Assembly (NCBI RefSeq): GCF_006345805.1
Contig: NC_043022.1
Span: 22,010,001-22,074,000, forward strand
Source: Octopus sinensis
Lineage: Eukaryota
DNA: 64,000 nucleotides
Direction: 5' to 3'
Positions 62,952-64,000 of the stretch are shown here, in pieces. Each line of letters opens with the position of its first letter. The first letter of the stretch is position 1. Position numbers and translations under genes: made by a program. Below the pieces are notes generated by a model that was not told the origin of the DNA, made no database searches, and saw only the letters and a program-made list of their open reading frames with translations.

Positions 62952-63351
62952 TTAACCCTTTCATTACCAACCCAGCTGAAACTGGCTCTGGCTCTGTAGT
63001 ACAAATGTCTTATTTTCATAAGTTTTGAATTAAAATCTTCCACCAAACCTTAGTCACAATTTATGTTCCTAACACTAGCTTAACGATAACTAAGTTATTT
63101 TCCTAAATTCTTTATTATATTTAAAATTAATTGAAAGAAACACAGAGCATCTCAACAGAAATATAGTAACAAAATGTCTTGTTTTCATAAGTTCTGAATT
63201 AAAATCTTCCACCAAACCTTAGTCACAATTTATGTTCCTAACACTAAGCTTAATGAGAACTAAGTTATTTTACTAAATTCTTTGTTATATTTAAAATTAA
63301 TTGAAAGAAACACAGAACACCTCAATAGAAATTTGGTAACAAAAGAGTTAA
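62952..63351. mobile_element. piggyBac-like MITE with an internal 169-bp tandem duplication
   Basis: TTAA termini, imperfect TIRs; repeat units start at 63003 and 63172. Confidence 0.75.
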
Positions 63352-63654
63352 GGAGTATCAGTGAAGGAGTATAGAAGAAGAGAAGGGAGTAGTCGGTAGA
63401 CGGAGTGCTGTTGGTGGTGTGTACATATGGTGGTGGAAGGTTGTTGACAAGGTGATGAGTGAGGTGGGGGTGGGTGGGACATAGTGTGTAAAGGGAGATG
63501 GGTAGTAATAATGTAGAAAGCAATACTGGAAAGTTTGGTAGTTTGTTTATATACATAGTTTGTTGGTTGTCAGGGTGGAGGACTGAGTTCATATCCTGTA
63601 GCGCTTGACTTAGCCTTTTGGTAGCAACATAAACTACCAGGGAAATACTGGGAT

Positions 63655-64000
63655 CATCATCATCATCGTTTAGCGTCCGCTTTCCATTCTGGCATGGGTT
63701 GGACGGTCTGGGAAGCCAGAAGGCTGCACCAGGCCCAGTCTGATCTGGCAATGTTTCTACGGCTGGATGTCCTTCCTAACCCACTACACTTCCTAAGAGT
63801 GTAGTGGGTGCTTTTACGTGCCAGATGAAGCTGGCAAACGGCCATGATCGGATGGTGCTTTTTACGTGCCACCGGCACGGAAGCCAGTCGGGGCGGTGCT
63901 GGCAACGGCCACGTTCGGATGGTTCTCTTATGTGCCACCGGCACTGGTATCACAGCTACAATTTCCATTGATGTTGATCGATATTGATTTTCACTTGCCT
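63655..64000 (-). mobile_element. Family C copy
   Basis: catcatcatcatcgtttagcgtccgc... Confidence 0.8.

Overview
AT-rich, microsatellite- and transposon-dense eukaryotic DNA. The SINE/MITE families and repeat content point to an octopus (coleoid cephalopod) genome; this is inference. The window lies inside one minus-strand gene, an unconventional myosin-XVIII (MYO18A/Mhcl-like). Three canonical exons are recognisable: 62923-62829, 61399-61334 (end of motor/converter) and 20505-20377 (converter end plus IQ motif). They are separated by a 1,429-nt intron and a 40,828-nt intron, followed by more than 20 kb with no further recognisable exon. Inside the 40.8-kb intron, two TE-poor islands carry ATG-initiated ORFs ending in phase-0 donors (40787-40134, 218 codons; 45328-45134, 65 codons). 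Either could splice in frame onto the IQ exon, suggesting motor-less (headless) myosin-18 isoforms analogous to molluscan catchin/myorod or Drosophila MRP. Other highlights: an orphan exon resembling an adhesion-GPCR GAIN domain, apparently carried by an RTE-tailed insertion into the middle of a piggyBac-like MITE; five minimal hammerhead-ribozyme motifs in four short repeat families, one with an intact core; a 2.9-kb tandem duplication; and head-to-head SINE pairs that would form long dsRNA in the pre-mRNA. TE boundaries are approximate unless a TIR or TSD is quoted. All homology calls are by eye from recalled sequences, not database searches.
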